Shown here: positions 1-9,380 of the stretch, one piece after another
Numbering within the stretch: the stretch's first letter is position 1
How the letters are laid out: every line of letters starts with the position of its first letter
Assembly: GCA_021735165.1 (NCBI GenBank)
Contig: JAIPHP010000004.1
Location: 1-62,746, forward strand
DNA length: 62,746 bases
Source of the DNA: Candidatus Woesearchaeota archaeon
Lineage (GTDB): Archaea; Nanobdellota; Nanobdellia; Woesearchaeales; 21-14-0-10-32-9
Direction of reading: 5' to 3'
Translations under genes and position numbers: made by a program
Notes under the pieces: model-generated
The model's database searches: none
What the model saw: the letters and a program-made list of their open reading frames with translations, nothing else
What the model was told of the DNA's origin: nothing

Positions 1-123
1 TAAGGCCACACATGGCTCTTAGATTTAATGTTCTGGAAACACCAGAACAAGCCTTTCAACGAAAGTTGAAAGCGGAGGTTTAATAAATGATAAAACGAAA
101 AAAGGTATCGAAGGGAAATACTT
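1..123 (+). ncRNA. Candidate structured RNA, 3' part only (truncated by window start)
   Basis: Four consecutive hairpins: 1-21 (TAAG-GCCA/TGGC-T-CTTA), 30-48 (GTTCTGG/CCAGAAC), 53-72 (CTTTCAAC-GAAA-GTTGAAAG, perfect 8 bp with GNRA loop), 103-123 (AGGTAT/ATACTT). Family not identified. Confidence 0.35.
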
Positions 124-187
124 ACAGGATAACACAAAAAGAAAAAAGAGGAAAAGATTTAAAAATACAGATTCTTAATCTTTTTTA

Positions 188-1177
188 ATGAGTGATTGGA
201 AAAAAATTGAGGCTTTGCTATTTGCTTCTGGAAGATATCTTTCTGAGGATCAAATTATTGAAATGACAGGAATCCCTAAAAATAAATTAAAAAAAGCAAT
301 TAATGATCTTATTAAGCACTATGAATCTATTGATACATCTCTTAAAATTTTTCAAGAGGATGGCTTTTGGAAGATGAATCCTAAGGAAGATTTTTCAGAT
401 ATTGTGCAAAAAGTTGTGAGTGAAGCTGAGCTTCCAAGGCCTGTTATGGAAACTTTGGCGGTTATTGCATATAAGAATCCTATATTGCAATCAGAAGTCA
501 AAGATATTAGAGGAAGCACAAGTTATGATCATATTCATTTATTAGAAGACAAAGGCTATATTGTTAGAGAAAAATATGGCAGAACTTATAAAATTAAGTT
601 GGCTGAGAAGTTTTTTGAATATTTTGACGTTGATGGAGAAAAAGATATTAGAGCCTTGTTTAAGAATGTTAAAAAACCCGACGTAAGTAAGGTCGGTGAT
701 CTTGAAGTTTATAATGCGAATGGTGAAGATAATGAATTTGATTCTCAAATTATGGAAAGAATGAAGAAATTGGAAAGTTCTGTTAATGAAGTTAAAGAAA
801 AAGACGATTTTTTGAACAATTTTGATGAGAAGCTTAGTTTGAAAAAGTCTCTTATTGATAGTGCTGAAAAAGAGCTTGATGATTTAAGGCCCAAAGTTTT
901 GGAAAATGAAAATGGTGTTTTTGACGATTCTGATAATTCTCAATTAGAGAACGATGAAGAATCTAAAAAAAATGATGTGGATGATAATATTGATGGAGAT
1001 TCTAATAAAGATTTTTCTTTAGATAAAATTAATAAGCAAATTAATGAAATTGCAGGGGATGATTCAAAAGAAGATACTGTAGAAAGTTCTTCTAGTGACA
1101 AAGATGAGTTTGAAAATGACTCAGAAGAGGATTCAGATATTTTAGATGAAGCGACTGATGCGGATTCTAAAAATTAA
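188..1177 (+). CDS. scpB: SMC-Scp complex subunit ScpB with long acidic C-terminal tail
   Basis: IEALLFAS start, METLAVIAYKNPILQSEVKDIRG and YGRT-x-K motifs typical of ScpB winged helices; the last ~130 aa are D/E/S/N low complexity. Confidence 0.9.
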   Translation: MSDWKKIEALLFASGRYLSEDQIIEMTGIPKNKLKKAINDLIKHYESIDTSLKIFQEDGFWKMNPKEDFSDIVQKVVSEAELPRPVMETLAVIAYKNPILQSEVKDIRGSTSYDHIHLLEDKGYIVREKYGRTYKIKLAEKFFEYFDVDGEKDIRALFKNVKKPDVSKVGDLEVYNANGEDNEFDSQIMERMKKLESSVNEVKEKDDFLNNFDEKLSLKKSLIDSAEKELDDLRPKVLENENGVFDDSDNSQLENDEESKKNDVDDNIDGDSNKDFSLDKINKQINEIAGDDSKEDTVESSSSDKDEFENDSEEDSDILDEATDADSKN

Positions 1178-1215
1178 ATCGTGATTATGTTCAGGGAGTT
1201 GGACTTGTTGTTGGG

Positions 1216-2085
1216 TTATATTTCTTGTTTGAGTCTACATACTTTACACATCATTCCTGTGCAAGGTGATCCGCATAAATAGCATTTTTCTATTTTTTTT
1301 AGTTCGTTGTGTTGTTGTAAATCTTTCTTTATTGTTAAATAATGTTTTAGTATATTCAATTTTGTTCCAGGATTTTTTGTTTCTTCTTCATTTAGCAGAT
1401 CTCTTACTTTAGCTCTAAAACTTAGTGGAGCATAAGGACATTCTTCAAAATCTACGTTTAGTCCTAGAAGAAATGCGTATATCATTATGTCTTTTTCTTT
1501 TGTGAAGTAAAAGGGTTTTATTTTTTGGGTAAATTCTGTAATTTCTTTAGTTATAGGTCCTTGTCTTGCGAAAAGTTTTTTTTGTGCTTTGTATATATTC
1601 ATAAGTATTGCTTGGGATTCATCGTCTAAGTTGTGCCCTGTTGCTATTTTTTTGTATTTTTTAGAATGTTTGTCTAATAGATGTCTTCTGAATGTTCCAC
1701 ACACAGTACATGCAGGTTTATATTTTTTTGATAATTGGTCTGTTGTTTTTCCTATTTCTTTTTTGTATGTTTTTATTGTTAATTTTATTTTTTTATCTTG
1801 ACAAAATTTTTTTAGAAATTCTAATGATCTATCTCGGTATCCATTTATTCCTTCATCTATTGCTAGTGCTTCTATATTGAATTTATGTTTATGTAATATG
1901 TGTAGCAGTGCTACTGAGTCTTTTCCTCCTGATGCTGCAACGCATATTTTTTCTTTTTTGTTTTTTATTAAAGAATATTTTTTTATTGTTTCAAGGACTT
2001 GATTTTCAAAGTATTCTATGAAGTGTTCTTTGCAGTATTTAGGGTTGTCTGCTACCGCCATTTTTTTGCATTTGTCACAGTTCAT
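1216..2085 (-). CDS. ttuA: TtuA/Ncs6-type tRNA 2-thiolation protein (PP-loop)
   Basis: N-terminal CxxC...CxxH Zn finger, SGGKDS PP-loop, CTVC, GHNLDD, CPY, C-terminal CxxC...CxxC finger. Confidence 0.85.
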   Translation of the reverse strand: MNCDKCKKMAVADNPKYCKEHFIEYFENQVLETIKKYSLIKNKKEKICVAASGGKDSVALLHILHKHKFNIEALAIDEGINGYRDRSLEFLKKFCQDKKIKLTIKTYKKEIGKTTDQLSKKYKPACTVCGTFRRHLLDKHSKKYKKIATGHNLDDESQAILMNIYKAQKKLFARQGPITKEITEFTQKIKPFYFTKEKDIMIYAFLLGLNVDFEECPYAPLSFRAKVRDLLNEEETKNPGTKLNILKHYLTIKKDLQQHNELKKIEKCYLCGSPCTGMMCKVCRLKQEI

Positions 2086-2093
2086 TTGTTTTT

Positions 2094-2288
2094 TTATCCG
2101 CCACTTATAACGCTTAATATTTTTATTTCGTCATTTTCTTCTAGTTTTGTTTCTAGCGTTATGAGTTTTCCGTTTTTTGCTATTATTACTTCTTCTTTGT
2201 TTATTTTTAGTTCTTTTAGAAGTTTTTCTGCTGTTCCAATGAATTCGATGTCTTTTTCTTGTTTTGTTTTTTCTATTATAATTTTCAT
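2094..2288 (-). CDS. ThiS/MoaD/SAMP ubiquitin-like sulfur carrier
   Basis: 64 aa ending in VISGG diglycine; immediately upstream of and co-oriented with ttuA. Confidence 0.9.
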   Translation of the reverse strand: MKIIIEKTKQEKDIEFIGTAEKLLKELKINKEEVIIAKNGKLITLETKLEENDEIKILSVISGG

Positions 2289-2343
2289 ATTGTAATGGTA
2301 GATAAAAGTTGTTTAAAAATTATGTGTATTGTTTGTTTATTTT

Positions 2344-3035
2344 TTAGAAAACAGAGTTTTTATTGAATGCTTGGCTCAAGTAATATTCTGCTAATGCTTT
2401 TGTTGGTTCTTTGAATTCTGATTCGTATGCTTTTGAATAATATTTATTTTGTGGAAGTAGCAAGTCCATTATATTTTTGAAGGAAGCATATGTCTTTGCT
2501 TCTGCATAAGCTATGTTATCATTCATGTTTTTTTTTGAGATTCCTTGACCGTTATAATTTGTTGCATCTAAATTTATTTTGAATTTTTTTGAAGCACTTA
2601 AAGGTAATTTTATATTGTATAAAAAGTTTAGGTATTTTATGTTTTCTTCTGGGTCTGTTCTAAAAAGTGTAAATGATTCCTGATCTTTACCTTTTGAAGA
2701 TATTTTTTCATGTTTTAAGTAATTCGGGACAAATATGGGCTTGTCAAGAAAGTTTAATGAATACGAACGGAAATAATTATTTCTGAATCGTTAACTTCCA
2801 GTTCATAGTTGTGTTTTGCTTTTTCGGGTATATTATCAAATGATTCGAAAAAATTTGCGTTTTGTTCGCTTAGTCCTTTTAGTAGCTCAATAGATAATTT
2901 TATTGTGGCTACAGGTTGTGCCATTTCAAATAAGTGCATCATTTGCATGAATGGTTCGTATTTTTCTATTTTGTCTGAATTAAGAATTTCTTTTTGACTT
3001 TCTGATAAAGTATAAATCATTTGTATGTTCTGCAA
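2344..3035 (-). pseudogene. Probable single hypothetical gene split by a frameshift
   Basis: ORF 2754-3035 stops at ...SVRIH*. A second frame is open from ~2790 (RFRNNYFRSYSLNFLDKPIFVPNY...) continuously into ORF 2344-2526, with no ATG before 2526. Confidence 0.5.
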
Positions 3036-3117
3036 ATGAAACTAACTTTATTAATTCTTCAGTAGCGACTTATTTGTTGACAAAAAGTTTATAAATGCAA
3101 GATTTAGATTTGTTTTA

Positions 3118-3978
3118 ATGGTTTTAGAATCTATCATAGATCCTGTTGTGGCTGAAGATAAAAAGTATAGGCTTCTTTGGATTGGCGCTTTATTTTTGTT
3201 TATTGCAGTTATTTTGAGTTTGATGGTTTTTGAGGCTTATGCATCTATTTTAGTAGTTACATTAACGGCCATTGCTGCTGTTCCACTTATGTATAATATT
3301 ATCAAGTTAGAGGAATCTAAAGATATTAAATTGGATAATGAGCGTTCTATTTTAAAAGAGCATGGTAAAGCTTTAGCTGCATTTATGTTTTTGTTTGTGG
3401 GAATTACTATTGCTACTGCAATAATATATACTGCTTTGCCTTGGGAAACTGCAAAGACTGCTTTTAGTGCTCAGACCGAAACTTTACAAAATATCAGGGG
3501 AAGCGTTACAGGCAATACTATTTTGGAACAACTTGTTATTTTTGAGAAGATTTTTTTTAATAATGTTAAAGTTTTAATTTTTGCGATTTTGTTTAGTTTT
3601 ATTTTTGGCGCGGGTGCTATTTTTGTTTTGACTTGGAATGCTACTGTTATTGGTGTTGCTATTGGAAATTTTGTTAGGGGCAATTTAGCTAGTTATGCGC
3701 ATCTTGTCGGGCTTGATAAAGTTGCTAATTATTTTACAACTATAGGTATTGGGTTGTTTAAGTATGCAATTCATGGAATTCCTGAAATTTTAGCTTATTT
3801 TACTGCTGCGCTAGCTGGAGGAATTATTAGTGTTGCAGTTATTAGGCATGATTTTGGCACGCCTAAATTTGAGAAAGTTATTTTAGATACTGCTAATTTG
3901 TTGTTAATTAGTGTTTGTATTTTATTTATTGCTGCAGTACTAGAAGTTTGGGTTACACCATTAATATTTCCTTTTTAG
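3118..3978 (+). CDS. Stage II sporulation protein M (SpoIIM/DUF95) family membrane protein
   Basis: Multi-TM; IFFNNVKV, NATVIG, HGIPE and AAVLEVWVTP motifs. Confidence 0.85.
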   Translation: MVLESIIDPVVAEDKKYRLLWIGALFLFIAVILSLMVFEAYASILVVTLTAIAAVPLMYNIIKLEESKDIKLDNERSILKEHGKALAAFMFLFVGITIATAIIYTALPWETAKTAFSAQTETLQNIRGSVTGNTILEQLVIFEKIFFNNVKVLIFAILFSFIFGAGAIFVLTWNATVIGVAIGNFVRGNLASYAHLVGLDKVANYFTTIGIGLFKYAIHGIPEILAYFTAALAGGIISVAVIRHDFGTPKFEKVILDTANLLLISVCILFIAAVLEVWVTPLIFPF

Positions 3979-3998
3979 TTAGTATGTAATTAGTTTTT

Positions 3999-4655
3999 TT
4001 ATTCTAAAATTTTTATTTTTCCAGGTCTTGCTTCGAATATTTCTCCTTCGTTTATTAGAAGTGTTATATATTTTTCTGCATCAGAGTTTTTGATTTGATC
4101 TATTACTTGTTCTATTTCTGCTCCATCTCCTTTGTCTAGCTTTCTTATTGTTTCTACTATTTTTTGGGAGATATTTTCAGGTTTCTTTATTTCTATTAAA
4201 GGAGGTATTTGTTTTTTTAATGGTTTTTCTATTAGTTTGTCTTGTGTGTTTTCATTATCATGATGGTTTTTGTTATCTATGTCTAAGTTTAATTCCATTT
4301 TTCTATATTGTATCCATTTTGTATTTTGTATTTTTTTTAGTATTTCTGGGACGATGTATCTTTGGTTGTTGTATTCTCTTGGTTTTCCTATCACAAGTAT
4401 TATGTCTGCTACATCTATGTTTTCTGCTTTTTCATGGTCTGAAAAGAGCATTAGATTTATTTGGCCAGTTCCGTCATCTATAGTTATTGTGTTGTTTTCT
4501 TTGGATACTACCGCGGCTAGTATGTTCACTCTGCTTATTTTTTTGTCATTTTTTTCTAAGTAATTTGGTTCCCAACCTTGCTGTTGTATATATCTTGATG
4601 CTAGAACTGTGTTTATGTTACATTTGTATGCTGTTTGTCTTTGGATATCTGGCAT
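3999..4655 (-). CDS. RPA32-like OB-fold ssDNA-binding protein with C-terminal winged helix
   Basis: RVNILAAVV...IDDGTGQI...VIGKPREY OB fold; C-terminal GEIFEARPGKIKILE wHTH. Confidence 0.8.
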   Translation of the reverse strand: MPDIQRQTAYKCNINTVLASRYIQQQGWEPNYLEKNDKKISRVNILAAVVSKENNTITIDDGTGQINLMLFSDHEKAENIDVADIILVIGKPREYNNQRYIVPEILKKIQNTKWIQYRKMELNLDIDNKNHHDNENTQDKLIEKPLKKQIPPLIEIKKPENISQKIVETIRKLDKGDGAEIEQVIDQIKNSDAEKYITLLINEGEIFEARPGKIKILE

Positions 4656-4769
4656 TTTATCCGGTAATCAGGGGTCATATTTAAATTGTTTCGATATATA
4701 TTTTCCATATAGTTAATAAATGGAGTTTGTACATAATATTTATATACAGAGATTCATTTCCTCAGGTAA

Positions 4770-4915
4770 AGCCCGACACGAGAGTACTCAATGGAGCTTA
4801 AGGCGAAAGTTTGTCAAAAACGAACCACCGAAACTTATGTTTCGTGTGACCGAGCAATGAGCTTGGGAGTTAGTGTTTCGGGCTACAATCATAGTCGTAA
4901 ATTCCCTTAAAGGAA
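4770..4915 (+). ncRNA. Candidate structured ncRNA of unknown family
   Basis: GC-enriched intergenic island. Terminal stem AGCCCGA-CAC (4770-79)/GTG-TT-TCGGGCT (4873-84), ACTC/GAGT and AGCTTA/TGAGCT helices, CGAAAC-TTAT-GTTTCG hairpin (4829-44), small hairpin at 4902-15; AT-rich TATA-like sequence at ~4736-46. Confidence 0.45.
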
Positions 4916-5052
4916 CAAGTCAATATCATTATCATTTATTCACAAATTGTTTTTATGTGGAAAAAAGAAGGTGAAATATCATAAACCGCCAGTAATTTGC
5001 ATGGCTCTACAACTTGTTCTAAAAGGGATGACTAAAATATAGTAACGGAGGA

Positions 5053-6369
5053 TTGAAAGAAATGGCTAAAATAGCACAAGTATCAGCAAAATATATCATA
5101 CACGCAAAAATTTTTATTGAGGGCGTAGTTGATCGTCCGGATGTAATAGGTGCAATCTTTGGACAAACAGAAGGTCTCTTAGGAGCTGATTTAGAACTAA
5201 GAGAATTGCAAAAATCTGGAAGAATTGGTAGAATTGAAGTTAATGTAGATGTGAAAGGCGGTAAGACTTCTGGCGAAATAATAATACCGTCAAGTCTTGA
5301 TAAAGCAGAAACTTCAATTGTTGGAGCAGCAATAGAAATAATCCAAAGAATAGGACCTTGTAATGCGAAATTACAAGTTGATAAAATTGAAGATATTAGA
5401 GTTAGCAAAAGAGCTAAAGTTATTGAAAGAGCAAAAGAGCTTCTTAAAGATCTTATGGACAAATCAATGCCAGATTCTCAAGAATTGAGTGATGAAGTTG
5501 CTCATTCTGTAAGAATGATGGAGATTACAAGTTATGGCAGAGAAAATTTGAGTGCCGGACCCGGTGTTGATGAGAGCGATGAAGTTATTATTGTTGAAGG
5601 AAGAGCGGACGTTTTAAACTTGTTAAAGCATGGTTTTAAGAATGCTATTGCAATGAATGGAACTTCTGTTCCTCAGACAATAATTGAGTTAAGTAAAGAG
5701 AAAACAATCACTGTTTTTGTTGATGGTGATAGAGGTGGTTCTTTAATAACTCAGGAATTAATGGGTGTTGCTGAAATTGATTATGTAACAAGAGCTCCTG
5801 ATGGAAAAGAAGTAGAAGAATTGACTAAGAAGGAAATTCATAAGGCTTTAAGAGCTAAAGTTGCTTCTGAGCAAGCAAAACTTGAAATGACTACTGATTC
5901 TCAAAGAAGCACAAGTAGCTATTCTCAGAGGAGCACAAACAGTAGTTCTGCAAGCAATAGTCAAAGAAGACCTCCACAGTCAAGGCAGAGCAGTTATAGT
6001 TCTCAACGAAGTTCAAGTTCTTCAAGTTCAAACAGTAGCAGTTCATCATCTCAATCAAGAAGCATTAAAAAAGATGCTACTGCAGATGAGAAGAAGAAGT
6101 TTCAGAGTTTAATTGAAGATTTGATAGGCACTAGAGGCGCATATATTTTGGATGAGAAATTAAGTATATTAGGTAAAGTCCCTGTTAGTGAACTTCAAAG
6201 CACTATCAGAAGTCTTGGTTCTGGCATTTACGCAGTTGTGTTTGATGGAGAAGCAGATAAGGATCTTATTAATATAAGCGAAAGAGCAAGTATCAATTTT
6301 ATAGTTGCTATGAGTTCTCAAGTAAAAGATTCGACAAGATTAAAAATATATACTGTAAATGACTTGTAA
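5053..6369 (+). CDS. dnaG: Archaeal DnaG-type primase/exosome-associated TOPRIM protein
   Basis: KYIIHAKI...[48 protein letters not shown]; Ser-rich linker; probable start ATG 5062. Confidence 0.95.
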   Translation: MKEMAKIAQVSAKYIIHAKIFIEGVVDRPDVIGAIFGQTEGLLGADLELRELQKSGRIGRIEVNVDVKGGKTSGEIIIPSSLDKAETSIVGAAIEIIQRIGPCNAKLQVDKIEDIRVSKRAKVIERAKELLKDLMDKSMPDSQELSDEVAHSVRMMEITSYGRENLSAGPGVDESDEVIIVEGRADVLNLLKHGFKNAIAMNGTSVPQTIIELSKEKTITVFVDGDRGGSLITQELMGVAEIDYVTRAPDGKEVEELTKKEIHKALRAKVASEQAKLEMTTDSQRSTSSYSQRSTNSSSASNSQRRPPQSRQSSYSSQRSSSSSSSNSSSSSSQSRSIKKDATADEKKKFQSLIEDLIGTRGAYILDEKLSILGKVPVSELQSTIRSLGSGIYAVVFDGEADKDLINISERASINFIVAMSSQVKDSTRLKIYTVNDL

Positions 6370-6429
6370 ACTCGAGTGTTTTCATAATTTTTTTATTTTT
6401 TACTATAATTTTATTTTAGGGGGGATTGT

Positions 6430-7044
6430 ATGAAAAAATTTATTGTTATACTAATGATGTTTTTGGTTTTGGTTGTTTTTGGTTGTAGTACTGAAGATAA
6501 ACAAAATGAGTCTGGAGAAATAAATAATTCTGAGGTGAATAATATGAGTAATGTAGTAGTTCTTGAAACCAATAAAGGCAATATTGAGATTGAATTAGAT
6601 AGAGAATCTGCTCCTGATACTGTAGAAAATTTTTTGAGTTATGTTAATGAAGGATTTTATGATGGATTAGTGTTTCATAGAGTAATTAAAGGGTTTATGA
6701 TTCAAGGTGGTGGTTTTACTCAGGAAGGAATTCAAAAAGAAACCAAACAACCAATTAAACTAGAGTCTGACAATGGATTGAAAAACTTAGAAGGAACTAT
6801 TGCTATGGCAAGAACCAGCGTTCCTGATTCTGCGACGAGTCAGTTTTTTATTAACACAGTTGATAATGACTTTTTAAATTATGCTATCGGCCCTGGTAGA
6901 GAAGGATATGCTGTGTTTGGAAAAGTTGTTAAAGGAATGGATGTTGTTAAATCTATTGAACAGGTCTCTACAACAACAAAACAAGGCATGCAAGATTGGC
7001 CAGTGGAAGATGTTGTTATTAACAAAGCATATGTTAAGAATTAA
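6430..7044 (+). CDS. ppiA: Cyclophilin-type peptidyl-prolyl cis-trans isomerase with lipoprotein-like signal
   Basis: [51 protein letters not shown]; hydrophobic N-terminus ending VVFGC. Confidence 0.95.
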   Translation: MKKFIVILMMFLVLVVFGCSTEDKQNESGEINNSEVNNMSNVVVLETNKGNIEIELDRESAPDTVENFLSYVNEGFYDGLVFHRVIKGFMIQGGGFTQEGIQKETKQPIKLESDNGLKNLEGTIAMARTSVPDSATSQFFINTVDNDFLNYAIGPGREGYAVFGKVVKGMDVVKSIEQVSTTTKQGMQDWPVEDVVINKAYVKN

Positions 7045-7080
7045 TTTCTTTCTTTATTTTTTCTTTTAATTTATCTCAGA

Positions 7081-7542
7081 TCAACCATAACCTCCTTTCC
7101 ACGGACGAATATCTGTACTAAAAGAAGTATAAGTAATTTTGATAAAATCAACATCATTATCTTTGAATTTATGAAATTGTAATTCACATTTTTTTGTAGA
7201 TGATTTATAAGATATTTTTTTCCCAACCAATTCTTTAATAATTTGGTCAGCATCCTTTTCTGAGTCCGCCACATTTAATGATAAAATAAGTTCGTTTAAA
7301 GAAGAATAAGGTATCTTTTTTTCAAAGTTAAAAAATCCGATTGTTTTTTTCTTTAAATCATTAAAAGTTGCATATTTCAACTCTTCTCCAGTCATCAATT
7401 TATTTGTATTATTTTCTTTCGCAATCGTGAATTTTTCAATTATTGAATCATCTATGTATTTACTCATACTGAATGGAAATATAAAACAACTTATAAATGT
7501 TGTTATCTTCACTACATGACAGTAGCACATCTTTTCGGGCAA
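7081..7542 (-). CDS. Hypothetical protein (probable start at MSKYIDD)
   Basis: ORF with coding-like composition in line with neighbouring minus-strand genes; no family recognised. Confidence 0.55.
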   Translation of the reverse strand: MPEKMCYCHVVKITTFISCFIFPFSMSKYIDDSIIEKFTIAKENNTNKLMTGEELKYATFNDLKKKTIGFFNFEKKIPYSSLNELILSLNVADSEKDADQIIKELVGKKISYKSSTKKCELQFHKFKDNDVDFIKITYTSFSTDIRPWKGGYG

Positions 7543-7597
7543 ATAGGTTCTTTAATTTTAAACTCGTTTTGTTTTCAACTTTAAATTTAGAAATTGT

Positions 7598-8365
7598 TCA
7601 TTTTGCATGTTTTATTACAAAGTTAGAGATTATTTTTATCATCTCTTCAAATTCTCCCTCATTCTCAAAGTAATGTGTTGCATTTTCCATTATATGAAGC
7701 TCACAGTTCTTGAATATTTTTGATATTTTTTTGCTCTGTTTTACTGGAACATCAACATCTTTTGCTCCGTGAACTATTACTACAGGAATATCTATGTTTT
7801 CTGCTGCTTTGTAACCATCATTAGCATCATAGTCTTCAAAGAACGTGTAGTTAAGTTTTTCTTCATCTTGTGGTCTGCTTGATTTATGAGAAATGTATCC
7901 TTGTTCTTTCCAATTTTTGAGTTCTTCTTTTGATTTTTGTTCCAAGTGCTTATCTTTATAGTTTGATACAGGACATTTTAGTCCGAGAACGAACAAATCG
8001 TTTGTTTTTGAAGCTGCAATTGTGCTGCTTATTCCTCCAAAACTGCTCCCTATTAATCCTATTTTCTTGTATCCTTTTTCTTTCATTAATTCTATAGCTT
8101 TGAGTATCCCATCAGTTGCTTTTGTTATTGTTATTTCCTTGAATTTCCCGCCACTTTCTCCGTGGCCGTAAAGGTCAATTCTAAAAGAGGCAATATTGTG
8201 AATGTCAAATGTTTCTTTTAGAAATGTGTTTGTAGAATTGTTCTTATGAATAATAAAACCATGAACACATATTATTACTGGTTTTTCTTCTTCTGGATTT
8301 GGATCTGATAATATTCCTACAAGCTTTGTTCCAATTGAGTCTTTGAATGTTATTTTTTGTTGCAT
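7598..8365 (-). CDS. Alpha/beta hydrolase
   Basis: VHGF oxyanion motif, RIDLYGHGESGG, GSSFGG nucleophile elbow, HGAKDVDVP, H in NATHYF. Confidence 0.9.
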   Translation of the reverse strand: MQQKITFKDSIGTKLVGILSDPNPEEEKPVIICVHGFIIHKNNSTNTFLKETFDIHNIASFRIDLYGHGESGGKFKEITITKATDGILKAIELMKEKGYKKIGLIGSSFGGISSTIAASKTNDLFVLGLKCPVSNYKDKHLEQKSKEELKNWKEQGYISHKSSRPQDEEKLNYTFFEDYDANDGYKAAENIDIPVVIVHGAKDVDVPVKQSKKISKIFKNCELHIMENATHYFENEGEFEEMIKIISNFVIKHAK

Positions 8366-8374
8366 TTTTTCACC

Positions 8375-9295
8375 TTAATTTGCCATTTCATAATTAGTTA
8401 CATATTCTTCATAGCAAAATTTTACTATTGCTTGTTTCTTTCCTCTTCTTGTGTTGTTGAGTGCAGATATATATTTGTTTCTTCTCTTGCTTCTTATTGC
8501 GATTGGAAGGAACTCTTTATTCATCAGAAACCAAGCCATCAACAATCTCCCAACCCTTCCATTTCCATCTATGAAAGGGTGTATTATTTCAAATTGTGCA
8601 TGACTTTGAAATATCACTTCAAATTCATTCATTTTTTTGAATGCTTTTTTTATCCAAGTAAATAACTGCTTCATTTTTTCATCTACAAATAAGTAAGATG
8701 TTGTGTATTGATTATCAACATAATTTTGAGATTGTTTGTATTTTCCTAATGTTCTATCTTCTTCAATTGTCTTGTTGACTTTTTCATGCAGAATCATTAA
8801 ATCTTTTTCTGTAGGCATTCTCTTTTTGTTTTCTTCGATGTACTCCCATGCTTCTAAAAGATTTTCCGCCATGTTTATTTCTTTCTTTGTACTTCCTGAA
8901 GGAGAAATGTTTTCAAAGAGATATCTGGATGTTTCTTTTACTGTCATTGTTGATCCTTCTATTGCATTGCTGTTTGCTATGAATATGCTTAGGAATCTTT
9001 GTTTTTCTTTTTGTCGCGATATTTTGTCCAAAGATTTAAGATGTTCTTTGTATTCTTCTGAAGCTTTTTTCATTTCTTCGTGTCTCTGATAAGATAATTC
9101 ATCTTTAAAATCTGTAAGTACCCAATCTTTTTTTTCATATGAGAATTTCATGCAATCAAATTCTTCTTTGGGAATAGGTCTTTTTTTTCCTATGTATTTT
9201 ATCGTTTTTTGCTTAACTTTGTTTTTTTCTCGTATAGAGTCAACTAAGTATAAGTATTCGTTTCCTTTAATTTTTTTAGTTACTATACTGGCCAT
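8375..9295 (-). CDS. Fic family protein (predicted AMPylase)
   Basis: Complete Fic motif HPFIDGNGRVGR; SNAIEGST motif; N-terminal beta-rich KKIKGNEYLYL extension. Confidence 0.92.
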   Translation of the reverse strand: MASIVTKKIKGNEYLYLVDSIREKNKVKQKTIKYIGKKRPIPKEEFDCMKFSYEKKDWVLTDFKDELSYQRHEEMKKASEEYKEHLKSLDKISRQKEKQRFLSIFIANSNAIEGSTMTVKETSRYLFENISPSGSTKKEINMAENLLEAWEYIEENKKRMPTEKDLMILHEKVNKTIEEDRTLGKYKQSQNYVDNQYTTSYLFVDEKMKQLFTWIKKAFKKMNEFEVIFQSHAQFEIIHPFIDGNGRVGRLLMAWFLMNKEFLPIAIRSKRRNKYISALNNTRRGKKQAIVKFCYEEYVTNYEMAN

Positions 9296-9380
9296 TTTAG
9301 AAGTTAACCACTACAAATTTATATATTTTTCGACGAGAAACTAATTAGTTTATAAATAAGCAAAGAAGTTAACCACTACA

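Noticed and set aside
4770-4915. Firm RNase P or SRP RNA annotation
   Set aside because: Too short, with no clear ACAGAA CR-V motif and no canonical SRP helix 8 (CAGG-GNRA-AGCA) in a local hairpin.
5880-6070. Intein or mobile insertion in dnaG
   Set aside because: The segment is a Ser-rich low-complexity linker with no Cys/Ser...His-Asn splice motifs or endonuclease motifs.
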